The position numbers were made by a program, and so were the translations under genes. DNA of 23,861 bases from Stylophora pistillata (taxonomy: Eukaryota): the NCBI RefSeq assembly GCF_002571385.2. It is one part of the record NW_019217843.1 of this genome. One strand, given 5' to 3'. The notes below the pieces were generated by a model. That model saw nothing but the letters and a program-made list of their open reading frames with translations. It ran no database searches and was not told the origin of the DNA. Position 1 is the stretch's first letter. Every line of letters starts with the position of its first letter. This document shows, piece after piece, positions 10,801-21,169 of this stretch.

Positions 10801-13800
10801 GATTTAGGGATTGCATACATAACGAATAAAACAACTGTTTTTAGTTTTTTCCTTAAAATGTGTTTCTAAGACATGTGTATCATGGACACCAACAAGAATG
10901 GTAACCCAAGGTGCCCACCAGACAACGAAAACAGGCCTTCTGTAAGGTGCGTGGGTCCATACATCACGGAAGAAGAGTGTAAAAAGCATAAAGGCCGCTG
11001 GACTAAATTTATCACAAACTACTTGGAGAAAACCGGAGGAGTGCTAAGCACCTGCCACGGCGAAGGAAATGAGAAACTGTCGAGAGGTGTACCCTATGAA
11101 GCACATAAGATTTCACAAGGATCTGATAATCCTAACCAATTTGTCCTCCTTCACGAGCCCCCCGAAGTGATTTATGCCCCATCCACGGTCGTTAATCATA
11201 ACGGAATTAGCTCAACTGGCAAGTTTTCGTCCTACAAATGGAAAGTTCCTTGTTTTCCAACCAACATTACTCAACGTTGTGTGCTGCGAATTAGGTGAGA
11301 CATTGTAAAAGAAGGAAAGATGAGGCAATTTATAATTCGTTTATTCAGCAGTGGTTCACTCCCATGTCAGGTTAGCAATGAACATATTTTTCACCAGAGA
11401 GAAGCTTGTTCCAGGCATCGAATACATATATTCCCTTGCTTTACCTTGAGACAGTAGCGAGAAGCTCAAGAGACGGAAACACTGTAAAGCTCCACTAGAT
11501 AAAAGGCAAAATTCTCGGTTACTAGGTACCTGACCAAAGAAAGCTTGTTTGCCACCCATACTTCACACGCAGACACAGTTGCGACACACAAGCAAAGTAG
11601 ACATGAGATTATTGCTGCACGTGTTTTCAATATCTGCAGGTACAACATTACCTCTGATGACGTACCACGCGGGTTTAACGCCAGTAACAATGGAGAGTAA
11701 GTATTAGACAGAACTGAGTTCTACTCTGTGTAAGCACTAGGAACTCACAGTTTTAGATAAAGTTAAGATCCTAGCTCGCAGAACTGTTCACTACCTCAAA
11801 CCAAAAATGCATGTGTATTGATACAAGTGCATATGTTAAGATTAAATGATGTTTACCAATTTGTTCAAACAAACTTCATAGAGGGGACAATTAAATAATT
11901 TATCGGAAATATTCAAACCTTACTCAGTAGAAATTCCAACTTCAAGATGATAATGAGAGGAATTAAAATAAATCTCCTAGTTTGAAATGAAAGTTTCATC
12001 GATATGAGTTTTGTTTACAGAGTCAAGAATAACCCTAAGACTAAAGCTGTTAATGGAGAAACGGATCTTCAACTCGCTTTGAACACTGCACAAGTTGGCC
12101 GAACATTTCAGGACAGAAGTCATGTTTTCATTCTTAAAGCCCGAAATAAAATGGAAAAGGAACATCAACATCGCAACATATATTACATTTTCGGAATGGG
12201 AAAGAGGGGAAACATTGTTCAAGCCTATCCAGCCATGGAGTATCGTTTCTTCCCCGAACGAAAGACAGTGACAACAGAAGACGTGGTGTGCTTTGTGTGG
12301 TCTGGTAGGAAGAAAGCCTGTCTTTTGCGCGCAGAATTACATATTGATTTGAAGTTACAGATATGGGAAAGTTGTTGTAACGTTATGTGACCCTAACATA
12401 GGATTAGGTTCTGCAATCTCTAAACGTTCTTAATACCAGTTACCATTTTCGACACGTGATATAAAATTCTTTCACATGCCTCCTCAATTGCGACTCAGTT
12501 TTTCAACAGCATTTTTTTTTTAATTTATCATAGGTTCAAACAACAATCCTGGCGGAAACGCTGGCCAGGGACAGGCAGGTAAGAGTACTTTCCAGCACTA
12601 TCATTTCCTCGTATCATGCTTAGTAAAGAAGGGAACGGTAGTCCCCAACGCTGCAAGTGTCGTTGAAAGTTGTTGAAGTGACAGGTGCAGATGTAGATGA
12701 TACCACAACAACTTGGCGTTAAGCCAAAACGATTGGACTACTAAGGTTTCATAACGCATTTGTTTCATCGATTGTACAGTGGATATACAAGTCGATTTTT
12801 ATGTCCAAATTTATTCGTTAAACGTAACAAGAAACGCCAACTTAACGATCATAACACTTAAATCTGGAGAGAAACATCCAATAATTTCGGGAAAATGAAG
12901 CTCGTGAGCAGCCCCCTTGAAAACCGATTCAAACGTGCGCTGTGATGCTAAGGTGACCAGAGTTTCAATTTTTCACAACCGAAGGTTCTAAGGCTAAGAC
13001 TTGATGAGTATCAAATCAGTTCTTGTTACTGCACATGCGCAAATTTTCCCTCACCTCTTGGGACAACACTGAGTGGAAAATTGTAGAGGCGACTAAGCAT
13101 TGGAAGTATTCTCTGTTATTAGATGCTCCAACGTTTCAGTGAGCGATAGTAGAAGTAAAAAAGCCGAAATCATAATATGATTACCGTTACGATGATTACT
13201 AGAGCAATAAAATATCGCAGGCAAAGGAAAATCACTGAAATATGACAACATCTCCGGGAAGACTCGTCTTGACCAATCACGTATGACAACTATACTTCTC
13301 GCTGGGTGCCTGGTACCAAGATTTTCCCTTGTTAAACTATGGCACCATACAATTCTCAGAATATCGGTAACACATATTATGTCTAAAGCAGTCAGTCTCA
13401 ACAGGCTTTTCGCGAAAATCGCAAAGATAACGGGAAACCTGATAGGAAGGGCGCCATCAGTGATTCTTAGTGATTCACGGTGGCAAAAACTCGTCGAAAT
13501 CAAACTTTCACATCGCCGAAAACGAGATTGAAAACGTGTCATTTATATTTCAGGTTCGGATCGCACAAATGTGTGTTGGGTAAAGGAAGGATGCAGCTCT
13601 CTCAAACCAGCAGCATGTTCCACCTTGCCTCTTGAAGTGGTTGACCATGTTGATGACTTTGAAGATCCGGAGAAATTGAATCTTCACCTAAACACTGGAT
13701 GTTACAACGGTGACGTAAAAAACCTGAACGCTCAGTTGAACAATGCCCCAGCCTCCTGCAATCCGCCTTGCTTCCGAATCAAGAAGCCTGGAAAGTACTG

Positions 13801-13885
13801 CTACATGGGCACGCGCAATAACAACTTCTCCAACCGACGCCACATCGGAGTTATCGAAGTTGTCAGTCCCACACCATCTGCTTGA
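7733..13885 (+). CDS. DD3-3: Protein DD3-3-like, secreted; join(7733-7885,8748-8834,9168-9498,10276-10494,10871-11294,11640-11696,12021-12304,12534-12578,13554-13885), 1932 nt, about 643 aa
   Basis: All introns are GT-AG with compatible phases and there are no internal stops. Signal peptide, then family motifs recognised from memory: [144 protein letters not shown]. Confidence 0.9.
8748..8834 (+). CDS. DD3-3: DD3-3-like coding exon 2
   Basis: tttcctcag|NNGKAGYNVGDSQ...KPN|gtaacc. The donor is weak, so the 3' boundary is less certain. Confidence 0.75.
8937..9150. repeat. Degenerate (CTGA)n microsatellite in DD3-3 intron 2
   Basis: Repeated actgactgac, gactgatctgact, tgactgactgactgg. Confidence 0.85.
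9168..9498 (+). CDS. DD3-3: DD3-3-like coding exon 3
   Basis: atcag|EFYMSG..WTNQHG..QIILQFMCQ..GLHEP..RNS G|gtgag. Confidence 0.85.
10276..10494 (+). CDS. DD3-3: DD3-3-like coding exon 4
   Basis: ggcag|[27 protein letters not shown]..FK|gtaagt. Confidence 0.9.
10871..11294 (+). CDS. DD3-3: DD3-3-like coding exon 5
   Basis: ttctaag|YMCIM..EEECKKHKGRW..VNHNG..YKWKVP..CVLRIR|gtgag. Confidence 0.88.
11640..11696 (+). CDS. DD3-3: DD3-3-like coding exon 6
   Basis: ctgcag|RYNITSDDVPRGFNASNNG|gtaagt. Not in the ORF track. Confidence 0.85.
12021..12304 (+). CDS. DD3-3: DD3-3-like coding exon 7
   Basis: tttacag|VKNNP..[32 protein letters not shown] G|gtagg. Confidence 0.9.
12534..12578 (+). CDS. 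DD3-3: DD3-3-like coding exon 8
   Basis: tcatag|[16 protein letters not shown]|gtaag, 45 bp. Not in the ORF track. Confidence 0.85.
13554..13885 (+). CDS. DD3-3: DD3-3-like last coding exon
   Basis: tttcag|[51 protein letters not shown]. Confidence 0.9.
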
Positions 13886-14108
13886 TTTAACGTTACATTT
13901 AAGATGTGATTTAATTCTTTGTGAAGTGCGCAGTATATATTGTAATACGAACAGCTCACTCTTAGAATAGTTAGTGTCCAACTATAGAAATTTGTTGTTA
14001 GAAGTCTACATAGAAAGTTCTACAGAAGGAAATATGACCTGAGGATTGTATGGCTGCTTCCTGTTTTTAGAGATTCAGTGTACGTCCTACGATTTTTTTC
14101 TTGAACAA

Positions 14109-14114
14109 AATAAA
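14109..14114 (+). terminator. Candidate polyadenylation signal of the DD3-3-like gene
   Basis: AATAAA about 225 bp after the stop, followed by a GT-rich tract. A second AATAAA lies at 14263. Confidence 0.5.
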
Positions 14115-14636
14115 CGAAAAAAGTAAATCAAGGTTTGCATCTTTGCTGTGGGCGAGATAAACACTGGAGCTGATAAAAAGGCGTTCTGCATATCGGTGTG
14201 CTGTTGATACAAATGTGACGATGACAGTTTCCCAAAAGTGTCATGTCTTTAAAATTTTCCACAATAAAGCGAACTTAGTTAGGGGCATCCAAACTCCAGA
14301 GTTATAATTTCAAATTATTTAAAGATTCGTGATACAATTCCGAGCAGTAATTTACATATTTTTCCTCACAGGATGATACAGAAGCACACTCATACCAAGT
14401 AAGATTTTCTCCCTTTTCTCATTTCTCTCCCGTTTCCTGTTTTTCCTAATCTTTCAATTCAGACGAAGCATAGATATTACCTGTTGAACATCTCTATCTG
14501 CACCACTTAATCAGAAAGCTGTCGTGTTCCCTCATTAGTTAAATGCATACAAAATGGAAACGTATCACGGAAATCAAAACTTGGCGCAGAACGACCTTTT
14601 TCGTATTAATTGTCCCTTAGAATGGATTAATTGTTT

Positions 14637-14925
14637 TTAGCATATACTAAAACAGTGGATAGCGTTGAAGGCGCGCTCTGATTGGCTAGTCAAACTCCGA
14701 ATATCCTTTGCTATTTACCTCCGAGCAACTCGGGAAAAAATGGCGTCCCGGTTTGCATCCGTGACAAGCGAAGAAATCACTCAAATCAATTTTTGGTGCT
14801 GTATATTAACTCACTGTTTTAGTATATACTAAACCAACTATTCACCTCAGTGTCGGTGGTTAGCGGTGGAGATTTACTTCGCCGCTTTGCGGCTCGGTAA
14901 ATATCCACCACTAACCACCTCCACT
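14637..14925 (+). mobile_element. Short non-autonomous palindromic element, possibly Crypton-derived
   Basis: Inverted repeat tagcatatactaaaacagtg / cactgttttagtatatacta, terminal hairpin gtggttagcggtgga...tccaccactaaccac, and ORF stub ATG MASRFASVTSEEI. It is absent at the paralogous site 377-397. The family assignment is from memory only. Confidence 0.7.
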
Positions 14926-15288
14926 TCACCCTTCAGTTTGCAAATAACCAGCGTTCGTTTGGAAAGTTTCACAGAATATATTATGACTGGGTGTCTTACA
15001 GCATATTAAACTGAGCGGGGCAATTCCCTCAGAAATATCAGTTTTCGGAAGGCTAAACTTGAAACAATTTGAGAGAACTACTACTGCAATAAAAAATTAA
15101 TCAATGTATCTGTAAGCTAACCTTATGGTCAAGTGACCAGGTGTCATTGTGAAAATCTGCTATAGTTGTATAATTTTAATATATTCTATTTTAATTGAAG
15201 TTGCAAAGCTTCACCCTCATATAAGGGTTACTACTAATTGACCTGTGATTGTCATATCTGATGTTCTGACGACTGTGGCCGACGATCC

Positions 15289-15356
15289 TCATCCACAATC
15301 TGGGCATTTGTTTTCCTCTATCCTTTCGCCACACTCTGTGACGCAATAGATGTGAC
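15289..15356 (-). pseudogene. ZNFX1: ZNFX1 copy B last exon, RZ-type zinc finger
   Basis: tttgaag|GHIYCVTECGERIEENKCPDCG* matches the ZNFX1/RNF213 RZ pattern GHxYxIxECGxxMxxxxCPxCG. Confidence 0.85.
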
Positions 15357-15588
15357 CTTCAAAATAAGAATGCAATTTTAAAATTCAAAGAGACCCACCC
15401 GTAGCAGGAGCTGGTGTTCTTTTTGCTAATAAATTATACTACTTTGGATGAGAAGCTCGCAGGTGTTAAAGAATTTTGGAGACGAAGCAAAGAAAATGTG
15501 TAAAATTAGTGGATCTATAGAGTTAAAATGCGCGGGACGAACACTATTTTATGACTTTTTTAAACAAATGATCATGAGAAAAACTCAC

Positions 15589-15744
15589 CCTTTGTACTCT
15601 TGAGCCAGTAAGCCTGTGCCAGACACTTTGAATTACCGCTATGACTCTGGTTGTCGCTTACTTCTGCCTGGTCGCAAAGTTGAATGTTTTGCTCCCGTCG
15701 TATACGTTTAATTCGAGCAGTATATCGATCTCGAAATGTCTAAC
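15589..15744 (-). pseudogene. ZNFX1: ZNFX1 copy B penultimate exon
   Basis: tttcag|G*TFRDRYTARIKRIRREQN...LAQAYWLKSTK G|gtgagt. Confidence 0.8.
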
Positions 15745-16164
15745 CTGAAATATTTCCAAGTGTTAGACAAGATCTTTTGCACAGGTCATGATAACTTGAC
15801 GACTCTCGATAAAACTAGATTCGAAAACCAGAATGAGACGCTGTAATCGTATGAGCGAGGAGAATTGTCCCGTTCCCTTTCATTTCAAACTTGGTCACTA
15901 AAGTCATAGAACAGCTTTCAATTGGCAACTTATAACTATTCGGATGCAGTGACGGTTTTCAATGCACACGACTCACTTTCTCCTTAGTTGAACAAATAAT
16001 CTTCATCATTTTCAAATTTTCCAAAATAAAAGCGGCAAATGATAATAAAAGGGAACTGAAGCAGTATTCTCCCCCTTCCCTTACATGCTCGATCTTATAT
16101 TTTTTATCAGGAGGAAGCCTCTCTTATGAGCCTCATTATCGCTCAGCATTATAAATATCAATAC

Positions 16165-17261
16165 CAATCTTCCTCTCTGAATCCAGCGCTTCTCTTGTCA
16201 AGCCAACCTCCACAGTGTCTGTAATGCTCAGATGAATACCTCGGATTTCTAGCTGCATAGTGAGCAATCTAAAGTCGACTAGGAGCTGCGTTCTATGCAT
16301 TTCCTCCTTGAGCTCCTCTACGTGTTGGCAATTGAACGTCTGAGAATTTAATGCCATGATGCGAACCCGGAGTTCTTCCACTTTACCTTCGAAGTCTTTC
16401 TTGGTCTCACTCAGTACCTCTTCCTCTTCAAATTGACGGTGCATTGTGGCTCTTTGCATCTGCAGGAAAGACAAAAGGTTGAACTGGTTCCTTATCACAT
16501 CAAGATCTTCAGCTGAGTGACTTTCCTGACCTAGCCATGCCTTGATACTTCCTCGGTCAGAGGGGAATTGCTCAATCTGCTGCGCTACAAGTAACATTCT
16601 GGCTACTTCTTGACTACCCTGGACTTCAGAGAGTGAAATAGTCTGTTTGATTCTTTTGAAATCAGCCAGAATCATCTTAACAATATTGCCATATCTTGAA
16701 CTGCATCGAATCGGAACGTGGCACTTCGGACAGTACTTGAGTTGAACATTAACAGAATTTCCACCCTTTGATGTGTCGGTTTGGTCCATCCACTGATCCA
16801 TCATTTCCACCTCAAATACATGACCACAGTCTTCCAGTTCTACGAATCGTGCGTCTTTCTTGTCTTCCGCTCCAAAAGGGATTTCTGTAACCTCATCCTC
16901 GTGACACTCTCGGCACTTCTTCGGACACGGTTCCCCGCAGAGACCAATACAGGGATGATTACACGATGGAAGTGGCTTTGTACAAGGTTCATTACAACGA
17001 GGGCGATCACAAAGCTCGCTGCATAACTTTGTGCACTTGTGATGCTGGCATTGCCAAATGCATTTCTCGTTACATGGATCACAAGGGTCGCCACACTTTT
17101 TCTCGCATTTTCTGTGTTTACAGTAGTTGCCACACATTTCCCTGCACGGCAGACAATTTTTGGTGCACATTCCTAGGCAGCTATGCCCGCAGAACAGAGT
17201 TCGGCGACAATTATTCTTGCAAGGCTCGTGGACTCGACCACCATACAGTCATTGCAGTTAC
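16165..17261 (-). CDS. ZNFX1: ZNFX1 copy B large exon: NFX1-type zinc fingers, RING-like ARFVELEDCGH..CPKC, helical region
   Basis: 344-aa ORF with CxHxCxGLCGEPCPKKCREC. Acceptor ctctag at 17262, donor gtatt at 16164. A 1-bp deletion near 17246 separates GNCND from YGGRVHEPC. Confidence 0.9.
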
Positions 17262-17417
17262 CTAGAGAGTGTGAAAATATCAAATTCATGCAAATATAAA
17301 TGGCTATTGCAATCATCAAAATTAAACATTGTCTGAGCTAATATGTACCTAACATAATTTAAAATGGAATATGTTTAAAAGTAACATGAAAAATGATAGA
17401 AGTCGTCAGCTCATTCA

Positions 17418-17985
17418 AACTGCAATGTGTGAAGTTGTCAATGTTATTGATATTTTGTCCAGAAGCTATTCCAAATCTTGCATGTTAAACAGCTAGAAAC
17501 GTTATAACACTTGAATTGTGCTGAGCGTTTCCTTTTTAGTGGAAAAGGAAACTTCGTGCAAAGAAATTTCGCGAGAAGTAGAAGTTGTAAGCTTTTACTC
17601 TAGAAATTTCGCGAAGAGCTCGAGCCAACAAGGAACAAGTCGAAAACACGAGAAATAGAATCGAAGTTGTAAGCTTTTACTCAACCTGCAATGTGTGAAG
17701 TTGTCAATGTGTTATTTTGTTCGGAAGCTATTCCAAATCTTTGCATGTCAAAGAGCTAGAAACGTTTTAACAATTTTGAATTGAGTGAACATTTCCTTTG
17801 GTGGAAAATTAAACTTCTTGTAAGACAAGACATAAAATGACACAGCGGCAAAATGAGTGCGCATGCATGCGCGTGATAAATTTGACATGCACAAAGTAAT
17901 ATGAGCGACAATATTTCCACGGTAACACTGTGTCACAGGTAGTGAAATTTGCAAAGAGTTCGAGCCAATCAGGTACAAGACGATT
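17418..17985. repeat. Intronic tandem duplication (unit about 265 bp)
   Basis: ctgcaatgtgtgaagttgtcaatgt and gaagctattccaaatctt occur at about 17420 and 17685. gaagttgtaagcttttactc occurs twice, and tcgagccaa at 17620 and 17960. Confidence 0.85.
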
Positions 17986-18225
17986 ATTTTAAAACGAATG
18001 CCAACAACTGCTGGGTAGGATGAGGGTTACTGTGCTATCGTACATTTAGTTAAACGATCGAGTAAACGAAAAAAATGTGTTGCAATAAATGGTTCCCATG
18101 TTTTACATAAAATTTACGTAGTCTTGGTCATAAAATTCAATTTTTCAGACAATACATAAAAGATGACTTTTCCTGAAAAAAAATAGAGAAATGCCTACGA
18201 AATTAATTGTCTTAATCAAACCTAC

Positions 18226-18675
18226 CGGTGCAAGGGTGTCCACAATTCAAAGTAGCTAAACAAGGCATTTTGCATTTTAGTTGAGAGAGAATATTGCTGT
18301 GGAAACATGGAACCTTCTGGAGGTGACCACAGGGAAGGATTTTTTCAAGAGGTTTCAGACATCGTCCACAATCTTCGTAACATTTCTTGGGGCACTTATG
18401 ATCCAGATCGCAGAGTATCTTCGTGCAGGGCTTTTTACATTCATATTGTTCGTGACCTGGGTCTATGGGGTGACACATCAAGTCGCACACGTGACCACAC
18501 TGGAGTCGCGAGGTACATGGTATAAGACAGCCTCCTTCAGGTGCTTTCTTGAAGTCGTCTGCAACTGAAGCGTGAATCACGTTTTGTGGGTGGTTTTGGC
18601 ACGTGAGCATTAAAGAATTTCCTACATTGCCTGCATGTCGCATATCACTGATTATCTTGTTCCACAATGGACTCA
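18226..18675 (-). CDS. ZNFX1: ZNFX1 copy B exon (post-helicase linker and first NFX1 fingers), 5' end lost in the gap
   Basis: SPLWNKII..LMLTCQNHP..DFKKAPEGGCLIPCTSRLQCGHVCDLMCHPIDPGHEQYECKKPC..CGHPCT G|gtagg. Confidence 0.92.
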
Positions 18676-18723
18676 NNNNNNNNNNNNNNNNNNNNNNNNN
18701 NNNNNNNNNNNNNNNNNNNNNNN
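18676..18723. other. Assembly gap (48 N)
   Basis: Run of n. Confidence 1.
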
Positions 18724-18859
18724 GATGATGATGATGACAAGGGTTATAATAACAATGATGGTAATGATAATAACAATATTGATAATAGTGCTAATAATAT
18801 GAGAATGGACAGAGAAGCAGAAGAGTAAAGAGGCTCTACGACCAAGGTAGGAATGTAGA

Positions 18860-20130
18860 GAGGGGAGCTTAAAACATCATTGTGGCTCAAAACCAGGCAA
18901 TGCGAACAAACTACATTGAAGCAATTGTTAAAATTTTCGCAAGAGGATGCCACAGGCGGAATGTGTCTTTATGCAAACGAATCAAGAAGGCATATTGTGA
19001 ATGGTTGCCCTTCAGTGCCTAAGTTGGAGTATAAGAAAAAAAAATAATTACTAATATATCGTTTATTTGCCACATTGCAGAATTAACTGAATTAAAGGGC
19101 TAAATTTACAATCAATAATTAATTAAAACTATAATTACTATAAGAACAATAAAAATATCTTAATTAACTATTTACATGTTTGCATATTCACTACTGAAAG
19201 AGATAAAGGAACCTGAACGCTGGGTCCGGCAACGATTCCTATCAGCGTAAACAATACTTCTGTTGTTGTCGCCGGATCGAGGGTTGTAACTTTGACCACT
19301 CGTTGCTGTTCTAAGTTGCTGACCACTCGTTGCTGTTCTGGTATAAGAAAGTTAATGGGGTGGGATTTTTTAGACATCTTTTGAACATATTTACAGCAGA
19401 GCTGAGTTCGTACTTCTTTCAGCTCAGGCTGTCAAGGTTAGCAATATTAAGGGCATCTAAATAACTATGGCGTGGATAGATAATATGTAGAGCTCTCTTT
19501 TGAACTGATTCCAGCTTATTAGAAAGAAATTCAGGAATATCTTGCCAGGATTGCACGCCGTATTCTAACATAGGTCTTATTGTTGTCAGGTAAACCTTAA
19601 GAATTCCACCTCTATTAACACCAACTCTTTTTAGAATCCTTAGGGAATACAGGCGCTTCGAGGCTTTTTTCGAAATGTAATCAATATGCTCACTCCACTT
19701 TAAATCCTTACTGATAATAATACCGAGTAGTTTATAAGTTGTCACATGTTCAATTGTGTTGTTACCTAGGACAATTGGTCTTGTAGTAAAATTATCATTT
19801 TGCATGAAGTTAATTAACATTTCTTTGCACTTTTTCGGATTTAATTTTATATTCTGTTCTATGGAAAACTTGTGGATGTCATCGGCAAGAAGTGGCACGA
19901 CAATACTGTAAGGGCATTACACTAGGACTTGGCAGAATAACGCGGCTTCCAGCAAGGAAGAGAATGGTATATAAATGACCCTGTGATTATTGTGACAAAA
20001 TTGAACACGCGGTAAGAACAGGAAGACCCGATCCGGTGATTCATGGTACATATGAACAGACGGGTCAAGTAACTGCCATCGCAGTTCCAGACGATGAGGC
20101 TGTTAGGGACAATACAAACTATTTGCCATA
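18860..20130 (+). mobile_element. Decayed R4/Dong-like (RLE-clade) non-LTR retrotransposon C-terminus, split by a LINE at 19038-19886
   Basis: IIVAQNQAMRTNYI, QEDATGGMCLYANESRRHIVNGCPSVPKLEYKK|WHDNTVRALH*DLAE*RGF..EWY, GRPDPVI..TAIAVPDD correspond to the CCHC knuckle, RHD and PD..D restriction-like endonuclease motifs. Confidence 0.75.
19038..19886 (-). mobile_element. 5'-truncated CR1/L2-group LINE (RT C-terminus plus AT-rich 3' UTR)
   Basis: IKLNPKKCKEMLINF, KLLGIIISKDLKWSEHIDYISKKASKRLYSLRILKR, YLTTIRPMLEYGVQSW, LESVQKRAL. Flanked by an AAGAA direct repeat. Confidence 0.9.
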
Positions 20131-21169
20131 CATAGAGCGGCAGAATGCAAGTAATTCGCCCAAAATCAGAATAAGAAGCGTAAAAATTAACAAGGCTTAA
20201 TCAAGTTATCTGCCGCAACATTTGCCTGCGAGTGCAGGCGGGAAATAAACATTTGCCAAGAACATTTGCAAGAACTTAAAGCTTCCGTGTGAAGAAGTGT
20301 GGTTTGACCTCTCTTCACAGGAGCGGACAGAAAATGACCGAATGAAGTTGTTGCAGGACTTGTGGAGCGTCTTTTTAATACAAAAATATAGGGTAAAGAA
20401 CAAGACGAGGCAGACAATTAATAAGACCTTAAGTTAAGCCCTCAACAGATCTGAGCCTGTTGGAAAATAACCATCATACCACTCGTAATTAGAACACCAG
20501 AAACAGTGACCGGGCACTTTTAAACATGGGTTGTGCGAGCTAAGTGGTGAATGCCTGGAGAGTGTGTGAGATGTGGTGAGTTACAATGCTTGGTTAGCGC
20601 AGAGAAAGTGAAGAAAGTGCCATGATTAGGAAATTAAGCAGGAGAGGGGGATTTGAAAGTGAAGTGAATTGTTATTAGCAAAAACCTCTACCTTGATTGG
20701 GGTTTATCATGAAGTAAAAGGATACACCAGATAAAAGTTATAATGGCGCCACTGACTGTAGGGAGCTCTCGAGTTATTTCTTTTAAAAAATAGAAGGAGT
20801 ATAGGACATTCCTGAAATCATTAAAAGCGCCCAGATAACGCAAAGTGGTGCATTTCTGGGCTAGTGAAAGGCGACTTACATGGCAGAAGTTGCGCAATTT
20901 AAAACCAACGAAATTGTTAACATGGAATATTGTTCAAAAACTTGCAGGAATTTCCCTTCTCCTTAAAGGATCATAAAAAAAATGTCTAATCATAAGTCTG
21001 CTCGCAAACTTATGAACAAATTATCACTGAAGAAATAGATTTTCTTTCTATTCCTCATTACAACTCAAGTTGTAATGAAAAAAAGTTAGATAATTGTAAT
21101 ACTGATCCCCTACACGAAGAGTCGTGGGCATACAATTCAGTACTCACCTCACTCTCGGCGTGGTCGTAG

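Noticed and set aside
13093-13542. 149-aa minus-strand ORF nested in DD3-3 intron 8
   Set aside because: No recognisable motif or splice structure. Likely chance or repeat-derived.
19292-19339. Direct repeat TGACCACTCGTTGCTGTTCT twice, superficially CRISPR-like
   Set aside because: Only two units with an 8-bp spacer inside a LINE in eukaryotic DNA. It is a simple local duplication.
19982-20470. Long stop-poor + frame as an endogenous viral element
   Set aside because: Its first part is explained by the RLE endonuclease motifs, and the rest has no viral hallmark I can identify.
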